Source: Candidatus Woesebacteria bacterium (GTDB taxonomy: Bacteria > Patescibacteriota > Microgenomatia > UBA12405). Taken from it: a DNA stretch of 60,554 nt. Where the stretch lies: NCBI GenBank assembly GCA_035450165.1, contig DAOTMI010000002.1, positions 12,343-72,896 of the forward strand, read 5' to 3'. This document shows positions 6,975-16,420 of the stretch, piece by piece (within the stretch, counting starts at the first letter, position 1; each line of letters starts with the position of its first letter). The position numbers and the translations under genes are program-made. Below the pieces are notes generated by a model. The model worked only from the letters and a program-made list of their open reading frames with translations. It was not told the origin of the DNA and ran no database searches.

Positions 6975-8665
6975 AAAAATTGATTCAAAAACATTGTCTC
7001 TTAATTATTCTTCTATTTTCTTTACCGGCTTGGGTTAACCTCCTGCGGCCGGTGTATTGGAATATGCATGATGATATGCAATTAATCCGCCAGCTTGAAT
7101 TTGAAAAATGCCTAAATGACGGACAAATTCCTTGTAGATGGACTCCAGATCTTGGCTACGGCTATGGTTACCCTCTTTTTAATTTTTACCCCCCTTTACC
7201 CTATCTTGTCGGTCAATTTTACCGTTTTCTCGGCTTTAGCTTCATCAATACTGTCAAATTAACTGCTATTACCCAAATTATTTTAGCCACTTTAGCCATG
7301 TATTACCTGGCTAAAGTTTTCTTTCCACCATTGAGTACTATCCTAGTAACTTTGTTATACACGTATGCTCCTTACCATGCCGTCAATATTTACATCCGCG
7401 GCGCCATGAATGAAGCTTGGGCCAGTGTTTTTTTCCCCCTTTGTTTTCTCTTCTCCTACCGTCTTATCAAAACCCCTAAAACTAATAATCTTATATTTTT
7501 AGCCCTAGCTTACGCCGGTTTGCTTTTAAGTCACAATCCAATGGCCTTAACTTTTTTTCCCTTTCTCCTGGCTTGGATTATTTTCTGGCTGATTATTTTT
7601 AAAAAATATCAAAAGATTAAAATATATCTCAATTTTGTTTATGCTGGTCTTTTGTCTCTTGGTTTAACGGCCTTTTTTACCCTGCCGGTTATTTTTGAAA
7701 GTCGACTAGTTCAAGTCGAAACTATGTTTCGAGATTATTTTCACTACTCGGTTCATTTCGTTTCTCTTTTTCAACTATTTATTAGTAATTTTTGGGGCGA
7801 TGGCCCGTCTGTCTGGGGAACAGGTGACCAAATGTCCTTTATGATTGGTCTTCTTCACTGGTTGATTCCTCTTCTTACTTTAGTAATAATCATCTTCCTG
7901 GCTTTTACAAAAAAATTGGAATGGAAAAAATATCGGTTATTCTTTCTTCTTCTCCTCCTTGCCCTTGGAGCCACTTTCATGACTCATGGTCGATCGACGT
8001 TTATTTGGCAATCAATTCATGTAATTCAAAAAATGCAGTTCCCATGGCGTTTTCTCAATCAAGCCGCTTTTTTCTTTTCTCTGTCTTCAGGTTTTTTCCT
8101 TCTCCTATTTAAAAATAAGAAAAGGGAATTGGTTTCTTTTTTTACTCTTTTAGTTTTAATTATTTTAATTAATGCTCATCATTTTCGTTTTGTTACGGCC
8201 GGACCGATTACCGATGAGCAAAAGTTTTCTGGTCAAGCCTGGACTAATCAGATAACCTCTGGTATTTACGATTATTTACCCAAAACTGCTGGGCGAGCGG
8301 CCACGGCCCCAGCCAACTTCCCCATTGACATGGTTAATCCTCCTCAGAGTCAATATGAGCTTAATGGAGTTAAACATGGCACCGATTGGTTCCTCTTTAA
8401 TATCAAACTCAATTATCAAACCGAATTAACCTTAGCTCAGTTAGCCTTTCCTAATTTTGAAATAAAAGACAACGGTCGACCAATCAATTACTTGATTGAA
8501 AAAGATTTAGGGCGAATGGTTATTTCTCTTCCTCGAGGTGAGCACCAAATTTATGTCAAGTTAAGGAATACTCCCATTCGCCATCTAGCCAATTTTATTT
8601 CTCTTTTAAGTTGGATCGGATTACTTGCTTACTTTTCTCAAAACTTATGGAAGAAATCAACTTAG
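6971..8665 (+). CDS. Large polytopic membrane protein, putative GT-C-like, family unresolved; paralog of 21785..23284
   Basis: 564 aa. It contains the motif MHDDMQLIRQLEFEKCLNDGQIPCRWTPDLGYGYGYPLFNFYPP, a C-terminal soluble domain, and a terminal anchor NTPIRHLANFISLL. Confidence 0.45.
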   Translation: MKKLIQKHCLLIILLFSLPAWVNLLRPVYWNMHDDMQLIRQLEFEKCLNDGQIPCRWTPDLGYGYGYPLFNFYPPLPYLVGQFYRFLGFSFINTVKLTAITQIILATLAMYYLAKVFFPPLSTILVTLLYTYAPYHAVNIYIRGAMNEAWASVFFPLCFLFSYRLIKTPKTNNLIFLALAYAGLLLSHNPMALTFFPFLLAWIIFWLIIFKKYQKIKIYLNFVYAGLLSLGLTAFFTLPVIFESRLVQVETMFRDYFHYSVHFVSLFQLFISNFWGDGPSVWGTGDQMSFMIGLLHWLIPLLTLVIIIFLAFTKKLEWKKYRLFFLLLLLALGATFMTHGRSTFIWQSIHVIQKMQFPWRFLNQAAFFFSLSSGFFLLLFKNKKRELVSFFTLLVLIILINAHHFRFVTAGPITDEQKFSGQAWTNQITSGIYDYLPKTAGRAATAPANFPIDMVNPPQSQYELNGVKHGTDWFLFNIKLNYQTELTLAQLAFPNFEIKDNGRPINYLIEKDLGRMVISLPRGEHQIYVKLRNTPIRHLANFISLLSWIGLLAYFSQNLWKKST

Positions 8666-10083
8666 ACGAAATTAAGGCCAAAACAACCACCAATATTCTT
8701 TTCTTATCATTAAGAAATATCGCTATTCAGGCTATTTCCTTTTTGGGATTTTTTCTTTTGACTATTCTCCTTAAAAAAGAAGAGATTGGTCTTTTTTCCC
8801 TTATTGTAGAAATCATCGGTATCTTAGGTTATTTTTCTGATATTGGCTTGGCAGCGGCTTTAATCCAACAAAAAGAGACTGTTACCAAAGAAGAATTACG
8901 AACAACTTTTTTTATCCAACAAACCTTAGTAGCCCTGAGTTTAATTGTTTTCTGGTCTTTTTTTTATAAATCGGTTGCTTCCAGTTTATTTTTGGCTATA
9001 GCTTTATGTTTCTCCTACGTTTGTGCTTCCTTGAAAACAATTCCTTCTGTTCTTTTGGAGAGAAAACTTAATTTTAAAATTTTATCAATGGTAGATATTG
9101 CTGAAAATACGAGCTTTTATCTAATTGCCGTCATTCTTGCCTTTTCAGGTTTGGGGATTCAATCATACGCCTGGGCCGTCATTTTTCGTTCTCTTCTAGG
9201 ACTAGTCTGGCTTTACCATGCCTCACCTTGGCCAATTGGTTTTGCTTTTTCTGTCAAAGCTATTAAAAAACTTTTTCGTTTTGGTATTCCTTTTCAACTT
9301 AATTCCTTTATTGCCGTGGTTAAGGACCGAATTCCAAATGTTCTTGTCGCCAAATATATTGGTCTGAGCTCTTTTGGTCTTCTTTCTTGGGCTCAAAAGG
9401 GACCCCGGGCTCCTCTCAGTTTTATGGATGCTATTCAGCGAGTTACTTTTCCAACCTTTGCCCGCCTTCAAGATAATAGGGATTTACTCGCCGCTTCTAT
9501 TAAGAAAAGCCTTTTTTTTATTGCCTTGTTTATCTTTCCTGCCTTAGCCGGTATTGCCCTTATTGCTCCCAACGTAGTTCATCTCATTCCCAAATACACC
9601 AAGTGGGAACCAGCTATTTTACCGCTCTATTTCTACTCCATAAGTTTTGCTATTGCCGCCGTAACGACTCCTTTGACTAATGCTTTCAATGCTGTTGGTA
9701 AAATAACCATCACTACCGCCTTAATGATCATGTGGACTGTTTTGACCTGGATTTTTTACCCTTTTCTTTCTCTCCGTTTTAATTATATGGGAACCGCTTC
9801 AGCGGCCTTGATTGTTGGGGCTAGTTCTTTCATTGTTTGGTATATTGCCCGTCGTTTATTTCATTTCAGTCCCCTTAAAACCATTTTTCATCCCCTTTTC
9901 GCTTGCCTAATTATGATTATCGTCGCTTTCCCAATTAATCGGTTAATTCCTCAGTATCTTCCTAACTTTATAGCCAAAATTTTGATAAGCGGTGGTAGTT
10001 ATTGCCTTTATCAATGGTTTTTCTGCCGTCAAGAAATTAACTGGTTTATTAAACAACTCAAATGCTATCTCGTCAAAAAATAA
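8647..10083 (+). CDS. wzx: Wzx-type oligosaccharide flippase (MOP superfamily, polysaccharide biosynthesis protein)
   Basis: About 478 aa with 12 or more helices. The N-terminal block NILFLSLRNIAIQAISFLGFF...DIGLAAALIQ is typical of Wzx/RfbX. I prefer the ATG at 8647 over the TTG at 8611. Confidence 0.6.
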   Translation: MEEINLDEIKAKTTTNILFLSLRNIAIQAISFLGFFLLTILLKKEEIGLFSLIVEIIGILGYFSDIGLAAALIQQKETVTKEELRTTFFIQQTLVALSLIVFWSFFYKSVASSLFLAIALCFSYVCASLKTIPSVLLERKLNFKILSMVDIAENTSFYLIAVILAFSGLGIQSYAWAVIFRSLLGLVWLYHASPWPIGFAFSVKAIKKLFRFGIPFQLNSFIAVVKDRIPNVLVAKYIGLSSFGLLSWAQKGPRAPLSFMDAIQRVTFPTFARLQDNRDLLAASIKKSLFFIALFIFPALAGIALIAPNVVHLIPKYTKWEPAILPLYFYSISFAIAAVTTPLTNAFNAVGKITITTALMIMWTVLTWIFYPFLSLRFNYMGTASAALIVGASSFIVWYIARRLFHFSPLKTIFHPLFACLIMIIVAFPINRLIPQYLPNFIAKILISGGSYCLYQWFFCRQEINWFIKQLKCYLVKK

Positions 10084-11651
10084 CTTTCTGGTCTTGTTTG
10101 TTAATATGTACTTTTTTTCAGGTTTTGCCTGTAATTCGCAGCGGTTGGCCATCAACTGCTGGTCTGAGTTTTTGGGGGCCAACCGGCCATGATGGCATCT
10201 GGCACCTCAGTTTAATTAATCATCTTCATAATCCTTTTAAAATTGACTTACCCACTATGGCAGGGGAGAGTCTGACCAACTACCATCCTTTTTTTGATAT
10301 TTTAGCTAAATTCCTAGCCTCGTTAACTCATTTACCTTCGACTTTAATTCTCTTCCAAATACTTCCTATTCTTATGGCTGTCTCCTTTCTGTACCTCAGT
10401 TTTTTAATCGGCGGTTACCCTTTAATGCTTTTGAATACTTTCGCTACTTCTTTGGGCTGGCTTTTTGGTAAAGGTGAAACTGCCTTCTGGGCCATGCAAT
10501 CACCCTCTAATCAGTTAAACCCTCCGTTTATGCTCTCTCTGGTCGGTCTTTCCCTTCTAATCTACCTTATTTACCGTAAAAATAAACTAAATGGTTTCCA
10601 TTTGGCCTTAATCTTTCTTATTTTAACCTTTTTGCCAATTACTAAAATTTATGCCGCTCCAACCGGATTTTTTCTATTTCTTATCTTCAGCCTTAAAAAA
10701 ATTAAATCCGACCGGCGGCCATTATGGATCTTACTTTCCTCTTTGATTACCAGCGTCGTTTTATTCTTTATTTATAATCCCAATCTTTCCGCTACTCTTA
10801 TCTATAAGCCCCTTTGGTTCGTCAACACTATGTTTGAATCCCAAGACCGATTTTTTCTTCCCCAAATTACCAATATAATTTACACCCTAAAGGCCTCGCC
10901 TTATTTTAGCCTGCGGCTGCTAATAGTCGAAATTTTTGGTGTTTGTCTCTTTATTATCGGCAATTATGCCTTTAGAATTTTGGGGTTTTTAAAAACTAAT
11001 AAAGAATTTCTCTTTTTGATCTTATTTAATACCCTAGTTCCTCTTTTATTTATTCAGAAAGGAACGGCTTGGAATACTATTCAGTTCCTATATTATGGCT
11101 TATTTATAGGTAATATTGCTTTAGCCAGCTATCTTAGGAACAAAAAAACTTTTTTGGCCGTAATTATCATAATTTCCTTCATTGCTAATTTCCCTATCTA
11201 TAAAAACTATTTGAGTAATCCGGCTCCAACAGCCATTTTTCCAGATGAAATTAAGGCTCTGAATTTTCTTCATTCTCAAACTCCAGGAATAGTATTAACT
11301 CATCCTTACGATCCTTACCTTAAAAACAAATTTTCTTCTACCCCCCTGCCCATTTATGCTTATGAAACAACTGCCTATGTATCAGCATTTTCACAACAAT
11401 TAGTTTTCTTAGAAGATGAAATGAACCTCCAAATTTTAGATAAAAACTATCTCCAGCGCCGCCAAGAATCCCTGACTTTTTTCGATCAAAAAAATGAATT
11501 TCAAAACCGTGGCTTTTTGGTTAATAATCAAATTGATTATATTTACCTTCCCAAAGATTTTCCCGATAGAATAAGCCAAAACTATCTAGCATTGGGTATT
11601 AAAAAAATCTTTGAAAATAATTCTGTTTTACTCTTTTCGGTCGAAAGGTGA
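10062..11651 (+). CDS. Polytopic membrane protein with a C-terminal soluble domain; putative GT-C-type transferase or polymerase
   Basis: 529 aa with many hydrophobic helices, sitting within the glycan locus. I recognise no diagnostic motif. Confidence 0.35.
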   Translation: MLSRQKITFWSCLLICTFFQVLPVIRSGWPSTAGLSFWGPTGHDGIWHLSLINHLHNPFKIDLPTMAGESLTNYHPFFDILAKFLASLTHLPSTLILFQILPILMAVSFLYLSFLIGGYPLMLLNTFATSLGWLFGKGETAFWAMQSPSNQLNPPFMLSLVGLSLLIYLIYRKNKLNGFHLALIFLILTFLPITKIYAAPTGFFLFLIFSLKKIKSDRRPLWILLSSLITSVVLFFIYNPNLSATLIYKPLWFVNTMFESQDRFFLPQITNIIYTLKASPYFSLRLLIVEIFGVCLFIIGNYAFRILGFLKTNKEFLFLILFNTLVPLLFIQKGTAWNTIQFLYYGLFIGNIALASYLRNKKTFLAVIIIISFIANFPIYKNYLSNPAPTAIFPDEIKALNFLHSQTPGIVLTHPYDPYLKNKFSSTPLPIYAYETTAYVSAFSQQLVFLEDEMNLQILDKNYLQRRQESLTFFDQKNEFQNRGFLVNNQIDYIYLPKDFPDRISQNYLALGIKKIFENNSVLLFSVER

Positions 11652-11666
11652 TAAAATAAAAATATC

Positions 11667-12602
11667 ATGGCAAATAAACCCTTAATTTCGGCAGTAATTA
11701 ACGTCAGAAACGAAGCGGATAATCTAGATAAATGTCTAAAATCTATTAAAAACTTGGTTGATGAAATTGTGGTGGTGGATATGCACTCAACTGATAATAG
11801 TGTTGCCATAGCTCAGAAATACGGGGCTAAAATATACTCTCACCGTTTTCTTAGGGTAGTTGAACCAGCCCGCAATTTTGCTCTAGCTAAGGCCACTGGA
11901 AAGTGGATCCTGCTTCTTGATCCTGATGAATATCTTGGTAAATCGCTTAAGAAAGAACTTTTAGCCATTACGAAACGAAATGATATCGATTATGTCAAAA
12001 TTCCTCGAAAAAATATTATTTTAGGTAAATGGCTTCGTCATGGTCGCTGCTGGCCAGATTATTTAATCCGTTTCTTCAAAAAAGGTCACGTCACTTGGAG
12101 TAAATTAATCCACAGTCAACCCACCGCTCGAGGCAACTGTCTTACTCTTCTTGATAGTGAAAAATTGGCCATCCGCCATAATAATTATCCCACTGTCACT
12201 ATTTTTATAACTAGGGCCCTTCGTTATGCGGGAATTCAATCTGATGAACTTCGGATGGCAGAATATAAAATTAAAGTTAGTGATTTTATCCTCAAACCAA
12301 TTCAGGAATTTAACAGTCGTTTTTTTATGGCTGAAGGTTACAAAGACGGTTTTCATGGCTTAATTTTCTGTCTCCTTCAAGCTATAGCAGTAGCTTTGGT
12401 TTATATCCGCCTGTGGGAGAAGGAAGGTGCTCAAGATAAACCTTTGCCCAAGAGTTCTTTCGTATCCAGCAGTCAAGAAAGCTTATTTGAATATGATTAT
12501 TGGTTTACTCGTTATTTTCAGAAGGAATATTCTCGGAATATTTTTAAAAATTTGATTATTAAAATTCGTCTTTTATTTGATAGATTAAGTAAAAATTTTT
12601 AA
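11667..12602 (+). CDS. GT2 glycosyltransferase (WaaE/KdtX-like subgroup)
   Basis: Motifs ISAVINVRNEADNLDKCLKSIKNLVDEIVVVDMHSTDNS and LLLDPDE. Paralogs lie at 13513..14298 and 27926..28735. Confidence 0.75.
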   Translation: MANKPLISAVINVRNEADNLDKCLKSIKNLVDEIVVVDMHSTDNSVAIAQKYGAKIYSHRFLRVVEPARNFALAKATGKWILLLDPDEYLGKSLKKELLAITKRNDIDYVKIPRKNIILGKWLRHGRCWPDYLIRFFKKGHVTWSKLIHSQPTARGNCLTLLDSEKLAIRHNNYPTVTIFITRALRYAGIQSDELRMAEYKIKVSDFILKPIQEFNSRFFMAEGYKDGFHGLIFCLLQAIAVALVYIRLWEKEGAQDKPLPKSSFVSSSQESLFEYDYWFTRYFQKEYSRNIFKNLIIKIRLLFDRLSKNF

Positions 12603-13534
12603 TGGCCAAAATTGCCGTTATTGTCCTTAATTACCGACAACCAACTTTAACGTTAGCGACTGTCCGTTCTCTTCTAAAAATAAGTTTGGAAGAAGCTTCT
12701 TATCACCTTTTTTTAGTTAATAATAATTGTCTCGATGATTCTCTTAATATTTTTGAAGAAAAATTAGCCGATAATCCCAAAATTACCTTAGTTTCTACCG
12801 GCAGTAATTTAGGTTATGCCGGTGGTAATAACTTTGGGATTAAACTGGCTTTAAAAGAAGGTTACGATTACTGCCTGATAATTAATAATGACGTTCTGGT
12901 TGATCCCAAATTCCTTCAATATCTTTACGAAACGGCCAAAAACACTGTTACTCCAGCCATTATTGGACCAAAAATTTATTTTGCTAAAGGCTATGAATTT
13001 CACCATGATCGGTATCAAAATAAAGAATTAGGTCGTGTTATTTGGTCAGCTGGCGGCCTAATCGATTGGAAAAATATTTATGCTTCCAATCTAGGAGTAG
13101 ATCAGGTTGACCGAGGCCAATTTGATCAAATCAATTCTAATTTAGATTTCATTACTGGCTGCTGTCTCCTTATCCCTAAGGAAATTTTCCATAAAATCGG
13201 GTTTTTTGACGAAAGATATTTTATGTATTTGGAGGATGTTGACTTCTGCTATCGGGCCAAATTACAAGGGTTCAAAATTATTTATCAGCCTAAATCATCC
13301 ATCTGGCATATCAACGCCGGCTCATCCTCCAGCGGTAGTTCCTTACATGATTATTTTATAACCAGAAACCGCCTTCTTTTTGGTCTGAAATATGCTCGAC
13401 CCCGTTCTAAACTAGCTTTAACCCGTCAAGCAGTTAGACTTCTTTTTACTGGTCGAAAATGGCAGAAAAGGGCTGTTATAGATTATTATTTAAAACATCT
13501 TGGGAAAGGTTCATGGCGAGAAATCTCTCTTTAA
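12602..13534 (+). CDS. GT2 glycosyltransferase (RfbF/WbbL rhamnosyltransferase-like subgroup)
   Basis: Motifs IAVIVLNYRQ, LVNNNCLDDS, NLGYAGGNNFG, LIINNDVLV and YLEDVDFCYRA. Confidence 0.75.
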   Translation: MAKIAVIVLNYRQPTLTLATVRSLLKISLEEASYHLFLVNNNCLDDSLNIFEEKLADNPKITLVSTGSNLGYAGGNNFGIKLALKEGYDYCLIINNDVLVDPKFLQYLYETAKNTVTPAIIGPKIYFAKGYEFHHDRYQNKELGRVIWSAGGLIDWKNIYASNLGVDQVDRGQFDQINSNLDFITGCCLLIPKEIFHKIGFFDERYFMYLEDVDFCYRAKLQGFKIIYQPKSSIWHINAGSSSSGSSLHDYFITRNRLLFGLKYARPRSKLALTRQAVRLLFTGRKWQKRAVIDYYLKHLGKGSWREISL

Positions 13535-14298
13535 TAGTCATAGCCGGCAATGAGGAAGAAATGATTGCCGATTGTCTTAAGAGTGCCAATTTTGCCGAAG
13601 AAATTATTTTAGTTGCCGCCAATTCCAACGATCAAACTTTAACTATCGCGAAAAAGATCATTACTAAAATTAAAATTATTAAAGTTAATGATGAATATAA
13701 TAAACATTTTGCCAAATGGCGCAATCTGGGTTATCAGGCGGCCACTAAAAAATGGCTTTTTTATCTCGATGCTGATGAAAGAATTTCTCCATTTTTAAGG
13801 GACGAAATTCTAAAAGTAACTTCTACCGGCCGTTATACTCATTATGCTGTTCCTCGAGCTAATTTTTTTCTCGGCCAACGGGTAAAATATGGCGGTACCT
13901 ATCCTGACTATGTCAAGCGTCTTTTTAAAAGAGAAAAATTCAAGGGATATCAAGGTATTTTACACGAAGAACCAATAGTAACCGGCCAAATTGGCTATTT
14001 AAAAAATGACCTTCTTCATTATACTCATCGATCTTTATCTTCTATGCTCCAAAAGTCAATTGCCTGGACCGATATGGAAGCTCAAGCCCTTTATCGAGCT
14101 AAACATCCACCGGTAACCTGGTGGCGAATCTTAAGAATGTTTTTTACTAAATTACATAGTCGTTTAATCACCCAACAGATGTTTCGGGACGGGACAGTCG
14201 GTTGGATTAGCAGTTTTTTTGAAGCTTTTGATACTTTTCTAATTTATGCTAGACTGTGGGAGAAACAACAACAATTAAAAATTAAAAATTACGAATGA
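13513..14298 (+). CDS. GT2 glycosyltransferase (WaaE/KdtX-like subgroup)
   Basis: Motifs LSLIVIAGNEEEMIADCLKS and YLDADERI. I prefer the internal ATG at 13513 over 13459. Confidence 0.7.
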   Translation: MARNLSLIVIAGNEEEMIADCLKSANFAEEIILVAANSNDQTLTIAKKIITKIKIIKVNDEYNKHFAKWRNLGYQAATKKWLFYLDADERISPFLRDEILKVTSTGRYTHYAVPRANFFLGQRVKYGGTYPDYVKRLFKREKFKGYQGILHEEPIVTGQIGYLKNDLLHYTHRSLSSMLQKSIAWTDMEAQALYRAKHPPVTWWRILRMFFTKLHSRLITQQMFRDGTVGWISSFFEAFDTFLIYARLWEKQQQLKIKNYE

Positions 14299-14353
14299 AA
14301 AACTGAAAAATTCGAGGATGTATTTTTTAATTCGTAATTCGTAATTTTTAATT
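14280..14353. repeat. 17-bp perfect inverted repeat spanning the stop codon; an AT-rich hairpin that could be a terminator or protein-binding site
   Basis: AATTAAAAATTACGAAT (14280..14296) pairs with ATTCGTAATTTTTAATT (14337..14353), leaving a 40-nt loop. Confidence 0.6.
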
Positions 14354-14372
14354 AAATTAAATTAAATTAAAT
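14329..14372. repeat. Microsatellites: (AATTCGT)x2 plus a degenerate third unit, then (ATTAA)x4.4
   Basis: Heptamers at 14329..14349 and pentamers at 14351..14372, directly abutting the ATG at 14373. Confidence 0.7.
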
Positions 14373-15551
14373 ATGTTGGCGGGTATCTATGATCCTTATC
14401 TTGACACTCTGGGAGGGGGAGAACGATATTGCCTGACTGTAGCTGAAATACTAGCTAAACATGGCTATCATGTTGATGTTTTCTGGTCGGGCGACAGCCA
14501 AATCCTTAATAAGGCTCAAGATCGTTTTTCATTGAATCTTAAAAACATCAATTTGGTTCCAGATATTTTTGATATTCCCCCCCAGACAATCAGTCCTATC
14601 CACAATCGTCATTTTCTTCATCGCTTAATTAAATATTCTCATTCCTACTCTAAATTTGACGAAAAAATTAAGAAAATGATTCAAAAATTCCGGATTACCC
14701 GGCAATATGATGTTTTCTTTTTTTTATCTGATGGCAGTAGTCCCTTCCTTTTTGGTAAGAAAAATATTCTTCATTTTCAGGTTCCTTTCAGTCAGGAAAC
14801 TTTAACGACTTGGCCTTTAATCAAGCCAATTAAAACCCTTTTTTTAGCGAAAATTATCTGTAATTCCCAATTCACCGCTAAATTTATCCAACCTTATTTT
14901 TCTAAAAAAATTGATGTTGTTTATCCTCCGGTCGATATTACCAAATTTTCCCCGGCTGATAATAAAAAAAATCTGATTCTTTCTGTAGGTCGTTTTGACA
15001 ATATTCTTAATGCCAAAAAACAGGACGAATTAATTGATGCCTTTCGACATTTAGTTAAGATTCATCGATTGGCGAATTGGAATTTAATTTTTGCTGGCGG
15101 TAGTTTACAACAACCAACCTCTAATTATTTCCTTCAATATCTTATCAAAAAGTCAGAAAATCTTCCTATCGAATTCATTGTTAATCCCTCTTTTAGTCAA
15201 TTAAAAGAGCTTTATTCTAAAGGAAAAATTTATTGGCATGCTGCCGGCTTTGGTGTCGATGAAAATTCTCATCCAGAAGAAACGGAGCACTTTGGAATGA
15301 CTATTGTCGAAGCCATGGCCTCCGGTCTTGTGCCGGTAGCGGTTGCCAAAGGGGGTATTCCTGAAATAATCGACGATTCAATTAATGGCTTCTTATGGAA
15401 AAGTTTAAAGGGACTTACCAGTAAAACTCTTCGTTTAATTAAGGACCCTAAACTCTTTAATCAAATGCAAGCTAAGGCTTTATTAAAAGCCAAACAATTT
15501 TCTAAAGAAAATTTCGAAGAAACATTTATCAGACTAGTTAAAATTAAATGA
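14373..15551 (+). CDS. GT4 (GT-B fold) glycosyltransferase
   Basis: C-terminal motif EHFGMTIVEAMASGLVPVAVAKGGIPEII, of the E-x7-E type. Confidence 0.75.
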   Translation: MLAGIYDPYLDTLGGGERYCLTVAEILAKHGYHVDVFWSGDSQILNKAQDRFSLNLKNINLVPDIFDIPPQTISPIHNRHFLHRLIKYSHSYSKFDEKIKKMIQKFRITRQYDVFFFLSDGSSPFLFGKKNILHFQVPFSQETLTTWPLIKPIKTLFLAKIICNSQFTAKFIQPYFSKKIDVVYPPVDITKFSPADNKKNLILSVGRFDNILNAKKQDELIDAFRHLVKIHRLANWNLIFAGGSLQQPTSNYFLQYLIKKSENLPIEFIVNPSFSQLKELYSKGKIYWHAAGFGVDENSHPEETEHFGMTIVEAMASGLVPVAVAKGGIPEIIDDSINGFLWKSLKGLTSKTLRLIKDPKLFNQMQAKALLKAKQFSKENFEETFIRLVKIK

Positions 15552-16420
15552 AAATATCAGTTGTTGTCACTAATTGGAACGGTTTACCGCTGTTGAAAAA
15601 GTATTTCGAAGAAATTGTTAAAACCAGTCCCGAAGCTGAAGAAATAATTTTTGCTGATGATGCTTCAGAAGACAATTCTGTCGCTTATATCAAATCTCTT
15701 CAAACTAAATACCCAAAAATAAAAATTATAGCTTCTAAAAAGAATAACGGCTTTGGAATTAACACTAATCAGGCGGTCAAAAGGGCAACCGGTAAATTAA
15801 TAGTTTTATTAAATAACGATATTAAACCCCAGCCAAATTATATTACCAATTGTCTCAAGCACTTTCAAAATCCGAAAGTTTTTGGAGTTGGTTTTGCCGA
15901 ATTAGGTCATGAGTGCTGGGCTAGAATTTATTGGAGTAATGGCTATCTTCAACATGAACCCGGTAAAAATACTGGCAAAACTCATATCTCTGCTTGGGTT
16001 TCCGGCGGCAGTGCGATCATTAGAAAAGAATACTTTGAAAAATTAGGTGGTTTCGATCCTATTTATAGCCCTTTTTATTCGGAAGATTTGGATTTAGGCC
16101 TTCGGGCTTGGAAGTCAGGCTACCAGCTTCTTTGGGAACCTAAGGCCATTGTTGAACATAAACATGAATCAACTATGTCTAAATTTCCCAAAAGGTTTCT
16201 TAATTACGTCCAAGAGAGAAATCGGCTTTTAAGTACTATCAGAAACTTTACTGAACCTAAATTTGTTTATTTAAATCGATTGGGACAATTAGGCCGAATT
16301 CTGTCTGGTCCTAATTATATTAAAATTATCCGAGCAGCCAAAAAACAAATCGCCACAAATCCGCCCCCAATTGTTTTCCCGATAATTTCCAGTCAACAAT
16401 TACTTGACCTTTTTAAATAG
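15548..16420 (+). CDS. GT2 glycosyltransferase
   Basis: Motifs ISVVVTNWNG, IIFADDASEDNS, NNGFGINTNQ, LLNNDIKP and SEDLDLGLRA. Confidence 0.75.
   Translation: MKISVVVTNWNGLPLLKKYFEEIVKTSPEAEEIIFADDASEDNSVAYIKSLQTKYPKIKIIASKKNNGFGINTNQAVKRATGKLIVLLNNDIKPQPNYITNCLKHFQNPKVFGVGFAELGHECWARIYWSNGYLQHEPGKNTGKTHISAWVSGGSAIIRKEYFEKLGGFDPIYSPFYSEDLDLGLRAWKSGYQLLWEPKAIVEHKHESTMSKFPKRFLNYVQERNRLLSTIRNFTEPKFVYLNRLGQLGRILSGPNYIKIIRAAKKQIATNPPPIVFPIISSQQLLDLFK

Noticed and set aside
14270-14296. Recurring LKIKN-type peptides from AAAATTAAAAATT strings (14270, 28878, 36700 and 49655) as a dispersed repeat family.
   Set aside because: The shared DNA is short, low-complexity A/T sequence of the kind expected by chance in this base composition. 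There is no conserved flank.
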